This document shows, piece by piece, positions 19,216 to 29,319 of a DNA stretch of 64,000 bases; the stretch's first letter is position 1; each line of letters starts with the position of its first letter. Source of the DNA: an uncultured Gemmatimonadales bacterium (GTDB lineage Bacteria > Gemmatimonadota > Gemmatimonadetes > Gemmatimonadales > GWC2-71-9); assembly GCA_963795085.1 (NCBI GenBank), contig CAWCFX010000006.1, positions 32,001 through 96,000 of the forward strand. Direction: 5' to 3'. A model generated the notes under the pieces. That model was not told the DNA's origin, searched no databases, and saw only the letters and a list, made by a program, of their open reading frames with translations. The position numbers were made by a program, and so were the translations under genes.

Positions 19216-19944
19216 CTACAGCTGGGACTTGAGAAAGCCCGGGGTGAGTTGCTGCAGCCATCCCGCCAGCCGGGTAAAGCTGCCGGTGACCATGAGGATA
19301 CCCACGATGATCAGCAGGATGCCGCTGATCCGCTGGACCAGGGGCAGGTACTTCCGAAACTTCTGGAACCAGATGAAGAACCGGTCCAGCATGAGGGCGG
19401 CCAGCAGAAAGGGGATCGCCAGCCCCAGCGAATAGACGGAAAGCAGGAGGACGCCCCGGGAGAGATCGCCCTCGGTCGCCGCCAGGCCGAGCACCGAGCC
19501 CAGAATAGGGCCGATACAGGGCGTCCACCCGGCGCCGAAGGCCATGCCCACCAGCGCCGAGCCGAGGAAGCCAACCGGCTTGTCCTCCAGGTGGAAGCGC
19601 TTTTCCTGCTTGAGAAAGCGGAAGGAAAAGACATCGAGCGTGACCAGCCCGAACAGAATGATCAGGACCCCGCCGATCCGCTGGATCCACTCGCGGTGGA
19701 AATTGAGGGCCCGGCCCAGCGCGGTGGCGCTGGCGCCAAGCAGAATGAAGACCAGCGAGAACCCGAGGACGAAGAGCAGCGCATGCACCAGCGCCAGGTG
19801 CCGCCGGCTGGACACCTCGTTGGCGGTCATCCCGGTAAGGAAGCCGATATAGGACGGCACCAGCGGCAGGACGCAGGGACTGAGAAAACTCAGCAACCCG
19901 GCACCCAGCGCCACCAGCAGGCTGACCGACTGGCCGTCACCCAC
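19216..19944 (-). CDS. ccdA: Cytochrome c biogenesis protein CcdA
   Basis: AGLLSFLSPCVLPLVP and GWTPCIGPILG. Confidence 0.92.
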   Translation of the reverse strand: MGDGQSVSLLVALGAGLLSFLSPCVLPLVPSYIGFLTGMTANEVSSRRHLALVHALLFVLGFSLVFILLGASATALGRALNFHREWIQRIGGVLIILFGLVTLDVFSFRFLKQEKRFHLEDKPVGFLGSALVGMAFGAGWTPCIGPILGSVLGLAATEGDLSRGVLLLSVYSLGLAIPFLLAALMLDRFFIWFQKFRKYLPLVQRISGILLIIVGILMVTGSFTRLAGWLQQLTPGFLKSQL

Positions 19945-19956
19945 GAGAAGCGTCCG

Positions 19957-20047
19957 GAGTGCAGAGTACAGAGGGCAGAGGGCAGAGGGCAGAGTGCAGG
20001 GTGCAGAGTACAGGGTGCAGCGTGCAGCGTGCAGAGTGCAGAGTACT
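19957..20047 (+). repeat. Heptamer tandem repeat, 13 units of GAGTGCA variants
   Basis: GAGTGCA/GAGTACA/GAGGGCA/GGGTGCA/GCGTGCA units in register. Confidence 0.92.
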
Positions 20048-20131
20048 CAGTTCCGGCAGCTCGGATCTTTGCATATCACCTCGTGACTCGGTAGTCAACT
20101 GGATGGGGAGTTCACCTGCACTCTGCCTCGG

Positions 20132-20187
20132 CTCAGCACTCAGCACTCAGCACTCAGCACTCAGCACTCAGCACTCAGTACTCGGCA
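20132..20187 (+). repeat. Heptamer tandem repeat (CTCAGCA)x6 plus 2 variant units
   Basis: Directly visible; near-complementary to the 19957-20047 array. Confidence 0.92.
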
Positions 20188-20189
20188 AT

Positions 20190-20666
20190 CTAGTTGCGCA
20201 ATGAACCGAGTTCCCGCCCCTGGCATTCGTGGCAGACCCCGAATACCTCCACCCGGTGGTGCTGGTGCTGAAAGCGGTGTTCGTCGGCGATCACCGGCAG
20301 CATGCGTTCCAGCTGGGGATTGGAGAACTCGAGGACCTTGCCGCAGCGGGTGCAGATGAGGTGCTCGTGGCGGCCCGGCCCCGCGACCGGCTCGTACCGC
20401 TTGAACCCTTCGCCGAAATCATGGGCCTTGGCCAGGCCGCTTTCGACCAGCACGTCAAGCACCCGGTAGACGGTGGCCGTCGCGACCCGGGTCCCCCGCT
20501 CCTTCAGCCGCCGCACCATGGCCTCCGCCGACAGGTGGTCGTCGGAGTGGAACAGGGTTTCGGCGACCAGTTCCCGCTGCCGGGTGACCGGCTGGCGGTG
20601 ATCGCGAAGGTAGCGGCGGAAGCGCTCGAGGAGGGCGGCGCCCTCATCCCGGGTGAGTCGCGCCAT
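20190..20666 (-). CDS. Fur-family transcriptional regulator
   Basis: VTRQRE, HLSAE, ATVYRVL, HEHLICTRCG, CHEC. Confidence 0.9.
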   Translation of the reverse strand: MARLTRDEGAALLERFRRYLRDHRQPVTRQRELVAETLFHSDDHLSAEAMVRRLKERGTRVATATVYRVLDVLVESGLAKAHDFGEGFKRYEPVAGPGRHEHLICTRCGKVLEFSNPQLERMLPVIADEHRFQHQHHRVEVFGVCHECQGRELGSLRN

Positions 20667-21036
20667 CGGCCACCGCGGGGAACCACTCGTCCGGGGCGAT
20701 GCGGGTGGGCATTTCCTCGTCGGCCCGCTTTTCCACCCCCTTGATCAACTCTTCCAGGGTCTCGACCGGCCCGCTGCCGACCTCCGCGACCGTGCCGCTC
20801 CACTTGCCGCGCTCCTTGCCCTTGATGGTGTGGACGTAGCGTGCGGTGTAGATGCGCCGGCGATCTCCCTCGACCCGGGAGAGAATCGCGGTACCCCACT
20901 CCCGCGCCTCCTGGCGGATGGCGCGGAACACCCACACGCCGTCCACTTCGGATGGCGGCAGCTCGGCGGCCACGGCCACCGCCAGCCGGGCCCAGCCTTC
21001 CCCCGTGGGGATCCTCAGGTCTGTTTGCGTTCCCAC
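20644..21036 (-). CDS. Hypothetical protein
   Basis: ORF with typical composition, overlapping both neighbours in an apparent operon. Confidence 0.65.
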   Translation of the reverse strand: MGTQTDLRIPTGEGWARLAVAVAAELPPSEVDGVWVFRAIRQEAREWGTAILSRVEGDRRRIYTARYVHTIKGKERGKWSGTVAEVGSGPVETLEELIKGVEKRADEEMPTRIAPDEWFPAVADGATHPG

Positions 21037-22109
21037 TGTTCCGTGTAGAAGCGAAGGACGTGCATGAAATCCTGGGCGTTGGTGACGACCCCGTAGGCCT
21101 GGTGGGTACCCCGGTCCTTGAGCTTGTTCACCACGAACTCGGTCTGGTCCACGCAGATGGTCATGAGCGGCGTGGGGACGCCATCGTAGTGGGTGTGAAA
21201 CGCCGGCAGCATGTTCCCCACCGCGATGGCGTGCAGCGCGGACGCGACCAGGATGGCGCCGGTCGCGCGGACCGTCAGTTCCCGCATGGCATCCTGGGCG
21301 TCCAGCGAGCCACTGTGCACACCCGGCAACGGGCCGTCATCGCGGATCGATCCGGCCAGCACGTAGGGAACCTGGTGCACGGTAAGCGCGTGCATGATGC
21401 CGCTCGTGATGAGCCCGCTCGTGACGGCGGCCTCGATGGAGCCGGCGGCCCGCACCCTGTTGATGGCCCGCATGTGAAGGCCGTGGCCGCCCGTGGTGGG
21501 CTGGCCGGTGTTGGTCATGCCCAGCGTAGTACCGAAAATGGCGGCTTCGATATCGTGCACGGCCACCGCGTTGCCGGCCAGCACGGCATGAACGTAGCCG
21601 TTCTTGATGAACCACTCCAGGTCGCTCCGGGCCCGCGAATGCACCAGCGCGGGTCCGGCCACCCAGACCAGGAACCCGCCTTTGCGCTTCTCTTCGCCCA
21701 GCCGCGCCGCCAGTTCCTCGTAGTTGACCGGCCGCTCCCGGCTCACCTCGGTGGACATGAACCGGAACTCGTTGGCGCTGTGCGACCCCGCCAGGAATCC
21801 CTCGGCGTGGACAAAGATGCCCTCGCTGCCGTCTTCGGCCTCGCCCATGGCGACCAGGTCACCCCGCCGGAGCCGCCGGGGCTCGATGGTTTCGAGCGCG
21901 GCACCGCGCCGGACCACCACACAATCCATGCGGGGACGGCTCGGCATCAACCACTGTGATCCAACCTTGATGTAGGTAGGAAGGTTGGAGGTCGAGAAGA
22001 ACCCCTCGGGAAGGACACCGTCGGCCGGCAATGGGGCGAAGGCGGCTTCCGGCGCCGCGGCGAAGGGCGGCTTGGTAAAGTCCGGCGCAGAATAGGTTTG
22101 GCTGGTCAT
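21015..22109 (-). CDS. TIGR00300/LOR-SDH-domain protein (ArgZ/AgrE C-terminal-like, putative ornithine cyclodeaminase)
   Basis: DGVLPEGFFSTSNLPT, FRFMSTEVSRERP, LAGNAVAVHDIE, LAGSIRDDGPLP, VNKLKDRG. Confidence 0.8.
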   Translation of the reverse strand: MTSQTYSAPDFTKPPFAAAPEAAFAPLPADGVLPEGFFSTSNLPTYIKVGSQWLMPSRPRMDCVVVRRGAALETIEPRRLRRGDLVAMGEAEDGSEGIFVHAEGFLAGSHSANEFRFMSTEVSRERPVNYEELAARLGEEKRKGGFLVWVAGPALVHSRARSDLEWFIKNGYVHAVLAGNAVAVHDIEAAIFGTTLGMTNTGQPTTGGHGLHMRAINRVRAAGSIEAAVTSGLITSGIMHALTVHQVPYVLAGSIRDDGPLPGVHSGSLDAQDAMRELTVRATGAILVASALHAIAVGNMLPAFHTHYDGVPTPLMTICVDQTEFVVNKLKDRGTHQAYGVVTNAQDFMHVLRFYTEQWERKQT

Positions 22110-22169
22110 AGGCAGGCCGGAAAGGTAGGCGCATCGGGTGCGGATGGGAATGCGCCCTTATGATTCAGG

Positions 22170-24239
22170 ATGCGAGTTTCCCCGCTTCTGCTGGCCCTGG
22201 CGATCCTCCCCGCACCGGCCCGGGGCCAGCAACCGGCGCCGGCCCGCCCGGACAGCGCCGTCACCCTCCCCCCGCTCAACGTCACGGTGACCCGGGTCCC
22301 CGCTGGCCTGGCCACGGTCCCCATGGCCATCACGGTGCTGGACCGTTCGGACCTGGGGCCGGCCCGCGCCAACCTCACGGTGGACGATGTGCTGGCCGCC
22401 GTTCCCGGTCTCTACCTGGCCAACCGGTATAACTACTCGCTGGACCAGCGGGTCTCGATCCGGGGCTTCGGCAGCCGGTCCAATTTCGGGCTGCGCGGGG
22501 TGAAGGTCCTCCTGGACGGGGTGCCCCAGACCCTGCCGGACGGACAGGGGCAGCTCACCAACGTGGACTTCGGCACCATCCAGCGGGTGGAGGTGCTGCG
22601 CGGATCCAGTTCGTCGCTCTACGGCAACGCTTCCGGCGGAGTCATCGCACTGGAAACCAGCCGCCCGGGAGCTGGGGCGTCCCGCGCCGAGGCGCGGGCG
22701 GAGGCGGGCGCCTTCGGGCTGGTGCGGTGGGCCGGGCGGGCGGATTTCCGGCGCGGGCTGCTGGGGGGAACCCTCGGCGTTTCCCGGTTTTCGCTGGACG
22801 GGTTCCGGCGGCACAGCGCGGCGGAGGCGGTGCAGGCGCATGGCGCGTTGGAGTACGTGATGTCCGGGCACGGCACCCTCACCGTCCGCGCCGGGTATGC
22901 CGATGCGCCGCGCGCGGACAACCCCGGGGCCCTGACGCCGGCAGAGTTCGCGGCCGACCGGGAAGCGGCGGCGCCCAACAACGTGGCGCGCCGCGCGGGC
23001 AAGGAAGTGTCCCAGCAACAGGCATCGGTGAGCTACCGCCACGATGGCGACAGCGGAACCCGGACCGAGGTCACGGTCTTTGGGCTTCGGCGCGATCTCC
23101 GGAACCCGCTGGCGACCAATGTCTTCATCACGCTGGACCGGTGGGCCGGGGGTCTTCGCTTCGCGACCACCCGGTACGTTCGAAGCCCGGCCTTGCGGGT
23201 GACGGCCGGCGCCGACCTGCAGGCCATGCGGGATGACCGGATGAACTCGGTGGCCAGTACCGGCCGGCCCACCGACACCCTGCTCCTCGACCAGCGCGAG
23301 TCGGTGACGGAGATCGGCCCGTTCCTGCATCTCGTGTGGCAGGCCGGCCCCCGGTGGCAACTCGCCGGCGGCATCCGCTACGACCGGGTCTCGTTCACCG
23401 TGCGCGATCACTTCCTGGCCGATAGCGTGGACAACAGCGGGAACCGGACCATGTCGGCCGTGAGCGGCCACGCCGGGGCCAGCCTGGCCGGATGGGACGC
23501 GCTGGTTCCCTACGTCAACATGGCGACCTCGTTTGAAACTCCGACTACCACCGAACTGGTCAACCAGCCGGGAGGCTCGGGCGGGTTCAATGACGCGGTG
23601 GGACCCCAGCGCGCCCTGAGCTACGAGGCCGGAGTCCGGGGACGGGCGGGACGGGTCCTTGAATACTCGATAGCGGCCTTCCGCTCCCGCATCGACAACG
23701 CCCTGGTGCCGTTCAGCGAAGTGGGCGGGCGCGCGTACTTCACCAACGCCGGGCGGCTGGACCAGAATGGCGTCGAGATCGGCGTTCGGCTGGCTCGCGG
23801 GGCCGCCTGGAACCTCGCGGCGGCCTATACCCTGGCCGCCTACCGGTTCGACCGCTACCGCATCACCACCGGTACCGCCGTGGATACCCTCGACGGCAAC
23901 CGGCTGGCGGGAGTGCCCCGGCACCACCTGCGATTGATCGCGACCGGATCGCCGCTACCCGGGCTCCGGCTCGAGTTGGAGCAGCAACTCACCTCCCGCC
24001 TCTACGCGGACGACCGCAACACCATCGAGGCCCCGGGCTGGGGCGCCGGGGTGACGACGATCCGGGGCGCCATGGAGGTCCAGGCCGGGGCGATTTCGCT
24101 GCTACCGTTCTTTGGAATTCACAACCTGTTCAATCGCGAGTATGTCTCGTCGGTTACCGTCAACGGGTTCGGCGGCCGGGTCTTTGAGCCGGGGCCCGGG
24201 CGCAACGGGTACGCGGGCCTGGCCATCCGCTACCGGTAA
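22170..24239 (+). CDS. TonB-dependent receptor
   Basis: Signal peptide; SIRGFG; RVEVLRGSSSSLYGNASGGVI plug motif; HNLFNREY...GRNGYAGLAIRY C-terminus. Confidence 0.92.
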   Translation: MRVSPLLLALAILPAPARGQQPAPARPDSAVTLPPLNVTVTRVPAGLATVPMAITVLDRSDLGPARANLTVDDVLAAVPGLYLANRYNYSLDQRVSIRGFGSRSNFGLRGVKVLLDGVPQTLPDGQGQLTNVDFGTIQRVEVLRGSSSSLYGNASGGVIALETSRPGAGASRAEARAEAGAFGLVRWAGRADFRRGLLGGTLGVSRFSLDGFRRHSAAEAVQAHGALEYVMSGHGTLTVRAGYADAPRADNPGALTPAEFAADREAAAPNNVARRAGKEVSQQQASVSYRHDGDSGTRTEVTVFGLRRDLRNPLATNVFITLDRWAGGLRFATTRYVRSPALRVTAGADLQAMRDDRMNSVASTGRPTDTLLLDQRESVTEIGPFLHLVWQAGPRWQLAGGIRYDRVSFTVRDHFLADSVDNSGNRTMSAVSGHAGASLAGWDALVPYVNMATSFETPTTTELVNQPGGSGGFNDAVGPQRALSYEAGVRGRAGRVLEYSIAAFRSRIDNALVPFSEVGGRAYFTNAGRLDQNGVEIGVRLARGAAWNLAAAYTLAAYRFDRYRITTGTAVDTLDGNRLAGVPRHHLRLIATGSPLPGLRLELEQQLTSRLYADDRNTIEAPGWGAGVTTIRGAMEVQAGAISLLPFFGIHNLFNREYVSSVTVNGFGGRVFEPGPGRNGYAGLAIRYR

Positions 24240-24248
24240 GTGCCGGCA

Positions 24249-25166
24249 TCACTCTTCCAGCACCGCCGCAACCCCGACGCGATAGAACGCGGAGAAATCC
24301 CGCACGAAGACCAGCTCGCACCCATCCGGCGTGAAGACAAAGAAGTTGTCGGTCCCGGGAGAGTTAACCCCGCCGCCCGCCAGGCGGGGTGAGCTCCATC
24401 CCCCCGGGTGGCGGCGGGAGACCCAGAGTTCGGCTGGTCCCCGGCGACCCGCGGAGTCCAGGGGCGAGATGTCGAGCAGAGCGAAGCTGCCGTCGGGGGC
24501 CAGAATTCCGCCCCATACATGGTACGCCGGGTTCCAGTCTCGCCAGCGCGCAAGTGTCGTGTCCAGCGCGGCCGCGGTGAAGGTCCGCCCGTTCCAGCCA
24601 GCCTGGAACGCCTCCGAGGTCGTCCAATCGGGCGAGATGCGCCGGTAGGTCAGCCGTCCACCGGTCCCGACATTCAGGCCGGAGTGATACCTGCCCCGCT
24701 GGTTCAACTGGGGCAGGTATTCGGGATCCGACCATCCGCTGCCCCGCCGGCGGGCCAGCCAGATTCCGGCGTTCGGCGTGGCCGAAGTATCCCCCGGTGC
24801 CCTGCGGTAGGAGGAGAAGACCAGGCCCTGGTTGTCCGGGGTGACCGCCGGGTAGAGATCCGAATACTCGCCCCCCAGGTGGACGCGGCTCGGGGCGGAC
24901 CAGCTGGCTCCTTCCCGCCTCACCACAAAGATCCGGTAATCCTCGCCCCGACCGTCCGGATCCATCTTCCTGAAATAGTAGAACTCGCTGCCATCCGGGC
25001 TGAAGGTCCCCCGAAAGATCCGGCCGGAATCGGTCAATGCGGGAAGAAAAGGAATGGCGTGCCGGGGTGCGGAACAATCCTGTTGCGCCAGGGCCGAGCC
25101 GGGCGCGACCGCCAGAGCCAGTACGGCCGCCCAGAAAGGGCGGACATAAGTGGTCGCCTGAAGCAA
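24249..25166 (-). CDS. Secreted PD40/TolB-like beta-propeller protein
   Basis: TFSPDGSEFYY, PAVTPDNQGLVFSS, FTPDGCELVFVR repeats; signal peptide. Confidence 0.7.
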   Translation of the reverse strand: MLQATTYVRPFWAAVLALAVAPGSALAQQDCSAPRHAIPFLPALTDSGRIFRGTFSPDGSEFYYFRKMDPDGRGEDYRIFVVRREGASWSAPSRVHLGGEYSDLYPAVTPDNQGLVFSSYRRAPGDTSATPNAGIWLARRRGSGWSDPEYLPQLNQRGRYHSGLNVGTGGRLTYRRISPDWTTSEAFQAGWNGRTFTAAALDTTLARWRDWNPAYHVWGGILAPDGSFALLDISPLDSAGRRGPAELWVSRRHPGGWSSPRLAGGGVNSPGTDNFFVFTPDGCELVFVRDFSAFYRVGVAAVLEE

Positions 25167-25369
25167 GGGAATCCTCCCGAAGGGCGGGGTGGGTTGTGAT
25201 GGACCAGCGTTGGCCGGACGAACCCGCGTCTCTCAACGTTTCAGCTGCGGTGAAACGTCCGGGACGCATTCGCGCCGAACGGAACCGGGAAGTGTCGGTG
25301 ACCGTACAGGTCTGCAACCTTTCCGGCCAATCCTGTGTCCAACGCCATATCCCTTCCCCGGCGGCTTCC

Positions 25370-27907
25370 ATGACGGCACTCCTCGGCATCCTGCTGGCCA
25401 TGCAGGCTCAGGCCCAGGGTCAGTTGACGGTTCCCTCCCCTTCAATTTCCAACAGCGTCCGCGCCACCGCGGCCAGCGAGGCCCCGGTGCTCGACGGGCT
25501 GGCGAATGAAGCCCTGTGGCAGCGCGCCCCGGTGATCGGGCAGTTCCGGGAGGCGCGGCCAACGGAGGATGCCGACCCCCGGGTGCGTACCGAGGCCCGG
25601 GTCGCGTACGATCCGCACTATCTCTATGTATTTGTCCGCGCCTTTGACCACCCCGACAGTCTCACCAGCCTGCTCTCCCGCCGCGACGACCAGACCGCGT
25701 CCGACCAGATCATCGTCATGATCGACAGCTATCACGACCGCCGTACCGGCTACGAGTTCGTGGTCAACCCGGCCGGCGTCAAGGTGGACTACGCGATCTA
25801 CAACGACGGCCAGGAGGACGATGCCTGGGACTCCATCTGGGACGTCGCCACCCGGGTGGACTCGCTGGGCTGGACGGCGGAGTACCGGATCCCGTTTTCC
25901 CAGTTGCGCTTCTCGCCGGCGGACGAGGTCACCTTCGGGTTCATGATCTGGCGATCGGTGCAGCGGCACACCTCCCAGAATACCTGGCCGCTCTACCGCC
26001 AGTCGCGCTCCGGGTTCGTGAGCCAGTTCGGAGAACTGACCGGGCTGGTGGGTCTGGCCCGCCCCAAGCGCGCCGAGATCACGCCGTATGTCCTGACCCG
26101 GAACGAACCCCGGTATGGAAGCGGTGAGATCACCCGGCACCAGCACGTGACCCTGGGCGGCGATCTCAAGTACGCGGTGGCCTCGAACCTGACCCTCAAC
26201 GCCACCATCAATCCCGACTTCGGCCAGGTCGAAGCCGACCCGGCCCAGCTCAACCTCTCGGCCTTCGAGACATTCTTCAGTGAGCGGCGCCCATTCTTCG
26301 TGGAGGGAGCCGGCACCTTCGACTTCCGGGTCAACTGTTTCATCGTGGTGGACTGCCAGACTGGAGAAGCACTGTTCTATTCCCGCCGCATCGGGCGCTC
26401 GCCGGAACTGGGCTACCTCTACGGCGATGCATCCTCGCCGGCGTCGTCCACCATCCTCGGCGCCGCCAAGTTGTCCGGCCGGCTCGCCAACGGGTTGTCG
26501 GTCGGGTTCCTGGACGCGGTCACCGACCGGATCGGGGGCGTTGGAGAAGCCACGATCGAACCGCCCACCAACTATGCGGTACTCCGCGCCAACCAGGACT
26601 ACGCCCAGGGCAGCGGGAGCGTGGGCGTGATGCTGACAGGGGTGAACCGGTCACTGGACCAGTGGACCGAGGACTACATGCACCGGGATGCCTACAGCGG
26701 CGGCATCGACGCCCGCCGGCGGCTGGGCCGGTTCGAATTCTCCGGGTCGGTCATGGGCAGCCGGGTGAGCGGGAGCCCCGAGGCGGTGGCGCTGACCCAG
26801 CGCGACCCGGTGCACTACTTCCAGCGGCCGGACGACAACCTGGCGTTCGATCCCACCCGCACCGCGCTGTCTGGCTTCGCGGGCGAACTGCGCTTCGGCA
26901 AGGTCGGCGGCACCCGCACCCGGTTCGAGACCGGCTATGCCCGCCGCTCGGCGGGGTTCGAGATCAACGATATCGGGTTCCTCAACCAGTCCGACCAGCA
27001 GACCTGGACCAACTGGTTCAACCTGCGGTGGAACGAGCCCAATGGCGTGTTCCAGCGCCTGTTCTGGAACTTCAACTGGTGGCAATACTGGACGCTCGAG
27101 GGGCTGCCGACCGACCGGGCCTTCAATACGAATGTTCATACCCAGTTCAACAACCGGTGGTGGCTGCACGCGGGCGGGACCGTGCAGATCGGGCAGACCT
27201 TCTGCGACCGGAATTGCACCCGCGGCGGGCCCGCGGTACGGACCGAGCCGTTCATCGCCCCCTGGGCCGGCATCGAGGGGGACAGCCGGCGGGCTCTGAA
27301 CCCTTCGTTCTGGGTCAACTTTTCGCGCAGCGATGAGGGCCGCAGCCAGTCCATCAACCTCAACCCGTCGGTCCGCTACAATGCGTCAGACCGGCTCAGC
27401 ACATCGCTCAGCCTGAATTTCCGCCGGAACCGGGACGATACCCAGTGGTACGGCAACTTCACCGACAGCACCGGGGCGGTGCGCCATACCCTGGCCCACC
27501 TCGAGCAGAAACAGGTCGGTATTACCTGGCGGATCAACTACACGTTCACCCCCGAGGCGACGCTCCAGTTCTATGCCAACCCGTTCGTCTCCAAGGGGAC
27601 GTTCAGCGACATTCGCGAAGTCGTCAACCCGCGGGCCCGGTCCTATGAGGACCGGTTCCAGCCCTACGACGATCCGGCCGTCAGCGCCAACCCGGGTGGA
27701 TTCAATTCGAAGCAATTTCGGTCCAACATGGTGTTTCGCTGGGAATACCGCCCCGGCTCCACCCTGTTCCTGGTCTGGAGCCAGGGCCGCGGGGCACGGG
27801 ACAACCTGGAAGGCGACCGGTCCTTCGGCGGGGACTTCAACGACCTGTTCGGAGCCCGGGCGGACGACCAGTTTCTGGTGAAGGTGTCGTACTGGTTGAA
27901 TCGGTGA
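25370..27907 (+). CDS. Outer-membrane protein with CBM9-like N-domain and DUF5916-like barrel
   Basis: PVLDG...W, GWTAEYRIPFSQLRF, ATINPDFGQVEADP, ERRPFFVEG, RWEYRPGSTLFLVW, KVSYW end. Confidence 0.8.
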   Translation: MTALLGILLAMQAQAQGQLTVPSPSISNSVRATAASEAPVLDGLANEALWQRAPVIGQFREARPTEDADPRVRTEARVAYDPHYLYVFVRAFDHPDSLTSLLSRRDDQTASDQIIVMIDSYHDRRTGYEFVVNPAGVKVDYAIYNDGQEDDAWDSIWDVATRVDSLGWTAEYRIPFSQLRFSPADEVTFGFMIWRSVQRHTSQNTWPLYRQSRSGFVSQFGELTGLVGLARPKRAEITPYVLTRNEPRYGSGEITRHQHVTLGGDLKYAVASNLTLNATINPDFGQVEADPAQLNLSAFETFFSERRPFFVEGAGTFDFRVNCFIVVDCQTGEALFYSRRIGRSPELGYLYGDASSPASSTILGAAKLSGRLANGLSVGFLDAVTDRIGGVGEATIEPPTNYAVLRANQDYAQGSGSVGVMLTGVNRSLDQWTEDYMHRDAYSGGIDARRRLGRFEFSGSVMGSRVSGSPEAVALTQRDPVHYFQRPDDNLAFDPTRTALSGFAGELRFGKVGGTRTRFETGYARRSAGFEINDIGFLNQSDQQTWTNWFNLRWNEPNGVFQRLFWNFNWWQYWTLEGLPTDRAFNTNVHTQFNNRWWLHAGGTVQIGQTFCDRNCTRGGPAVRTEPFIAPWAGIEGDSRRALNPSFWVNFSRSDEGRSQSINLNPSVRYNASDRLSTSLSLNFRRNRDDTQWYGNFTDSTGAVRHTLAHLEQKQVGITWRINYTFTPEATLQFYANPFVSKGTFSDIREVVNPRARSYEDRFQPYDDPAVSANPGGFNSKQFRSNMVFRWEYRPGSTLFLVWSQGRGARDNLEGDRSFGGDFNDLFGARADDQFLVKVSYWLNR

Positions 27908-27950
27908 GAAGAAGAGAGAGTGAGAAGCGAGAAAGACTGGTGTCAGGGGC

Positions 27951-29312
27951 TCACGGGATCGGAGTCCAGCTCAGGCTCCGGTCCAGAACGTCCAGCGCGA
28001 AGTCCACGTCCGCGGCGGTGATGCACATCGGCGGCTTGATCCGGAGCACGTTGCCGGCGAGCCCGCCCTTCCCCAGCAGCAGGCCCTGCTCCCGGCAGTT
28101 CTCCAGGACCTGCAGCGTATCCGCCGAGGCGGGGGCCCGGGTCTCCCGGTCCTGCACCAACTCCATTCCCAGCATGAGGCCCATTCCCCGGACGTCACCC
28201 ACCTGCGGGTGGCGGTCCTGGAGTGCACGGAATCCCGCCAGCAGCCGCTGTCCCATGACCCGGGCGTTCTCCTGCAGCCCCTCCTCCTCGATCACGTCGA
28301 GCACCGCCAGGCCGGCCGCGGCGGATACCGGGTTGCCGCCAAAGGTGTTGAAATGGATCCGCTGGGCCAGTGACTCGGCGATCTCGCGCCGGGTGGTGAC
28401 CGCGGCCAGCGGGATGCCGTTGCCGATGCCTTTCGCCATCGTCACGATATCGGGCGTCACCCCGAAGGTCTCGAAGCCCCAGTAGTGATCGCCGGTACGG
28501 CCGAAGCCGGTCTGCACCTCGTCCGAGATGCACAGCCCGCCATGTTCCCGGGTCACGGCGTAGGCCTCCTTGAGAAAATTCGGCGCGCCATGAGTCACCC
28601 CGCCGACGCCCTGGATCGGCTCGGCGATAAAGGCGGCGACCTTTCCCGGCGTGGAGAAACGAATCAGTTCCCGGATATCCTGGGCGCTGGCGGTCGCGAT
28701 CTCCGCCGGGGTGCCCTCCACGGGGGAACGGTAGGGATCGGGACAGAGCGCGTGGTGCACACCCCCTGATGGCAGCGGGTATTTCCAGGTGTGATGCGAG
28801 GTGAGGTCCATCGCCGAGGGCGAACCGCCGTGATAGGCGTTCCGGAGGGCGATCACCTCCCGGTGCCCGGTGAACAGCCGGGCCATGGTCACCGCGAGGT
28901 CGTTGGCTTCGCTGCCGCTGTTGACGAAATAGGTGACATCCAGCCCCTCCGGCATCTTCGCGGCGAGTTTCTCGGCTAACCGGGGCAGGTTGGGATGCAG
29001 GTAGATCGTGGTGGCGTGCTGCAGGGTCCGCAGCTGTTCCTCGATGGCGGCCAGGACCCGGGGATGGCAATGGCCGACCGACACGGTGACGATGCCGCCC
29101 AGGAAATCGAGGTAGCGCCGCCCGGTCTCGTCGAACAGGTACTGCATCTTGCCCTCGACGACCATCAGCGGCTGGCGATACAGGGTAAAGACGGCGGGGT
29201 TCACGAACTCGCGCCGGAGGGCCAGGACCTCGTCGCGCGAGGGACCGGTGTAACGCCTGGGGGCGTAGTCGAAAGCCGGCATGGGGACCGGCAGGGTCTT
29301 GAGGTCGGTCAT
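27951..29312 (-). CDS. Class III PLP aminotransferase (AGXT2/beta-alanine-pyruvate type)
   Basis: FVNSGSEAND, AEPIQGVGG, DEVQTGFGRTG, MAKGIGNG, HFNTFGGNP. Confidence 0.9.
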   Translation of the reverse strand: MTDLKTLPVPMPAFDYAPRRYTGPSRDEVLALRREFVNPAVFTLYRQPLMVVEGKMQYLFDETGRRYLDFLGGIVTVSVGHCHPRVLAAIEEQLRTLQHATTIYLHPNLPRLAEKLAAKMPEGLDVTYFVNSGSEANDLAVTMARLFTGHREVIALRNAYHGGSPSAMDLTSHHTWKYPLPSGGVHHALCPDPYRSPVEGTPAEIATASAQDIRELIRFSTPGKVAAFIAEPIQGVGGVTHGAPNFLKEAYAVTREHGGLCISDEVQTGFGRTGDHYWGFETFGVTPDIVTMAKGIGNGIPLAAVTTRREIAESLAQRIHFNTFGGNPVSAAAGLAVLDVIEEEGLQENARVMGQRLLAGFRALQDRHPQVGDVRGMGLMLGMELVQDRETRAPASADTLQVLENCREQGLLLGKGGLAGNVLRIKPPMCITAADVDFALDVLDRSLSWTPIP

Positions 29313-29319
29313 CCGCTTG

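Noticed and set aside
19957..20187. Repeat arrays as a CRISPR array
   Set aside because: Units are 7 nt and contiguous with no spacers; no cas genes in the window
19937..20204. Short ORFs made of STQHSAL/ECRVQSA repeats (also the N-terminal extension of the adk ORF)
   Set aside because: They are translations of the heptamer arrays; adk has a good GGAGG-GTG start at 55320
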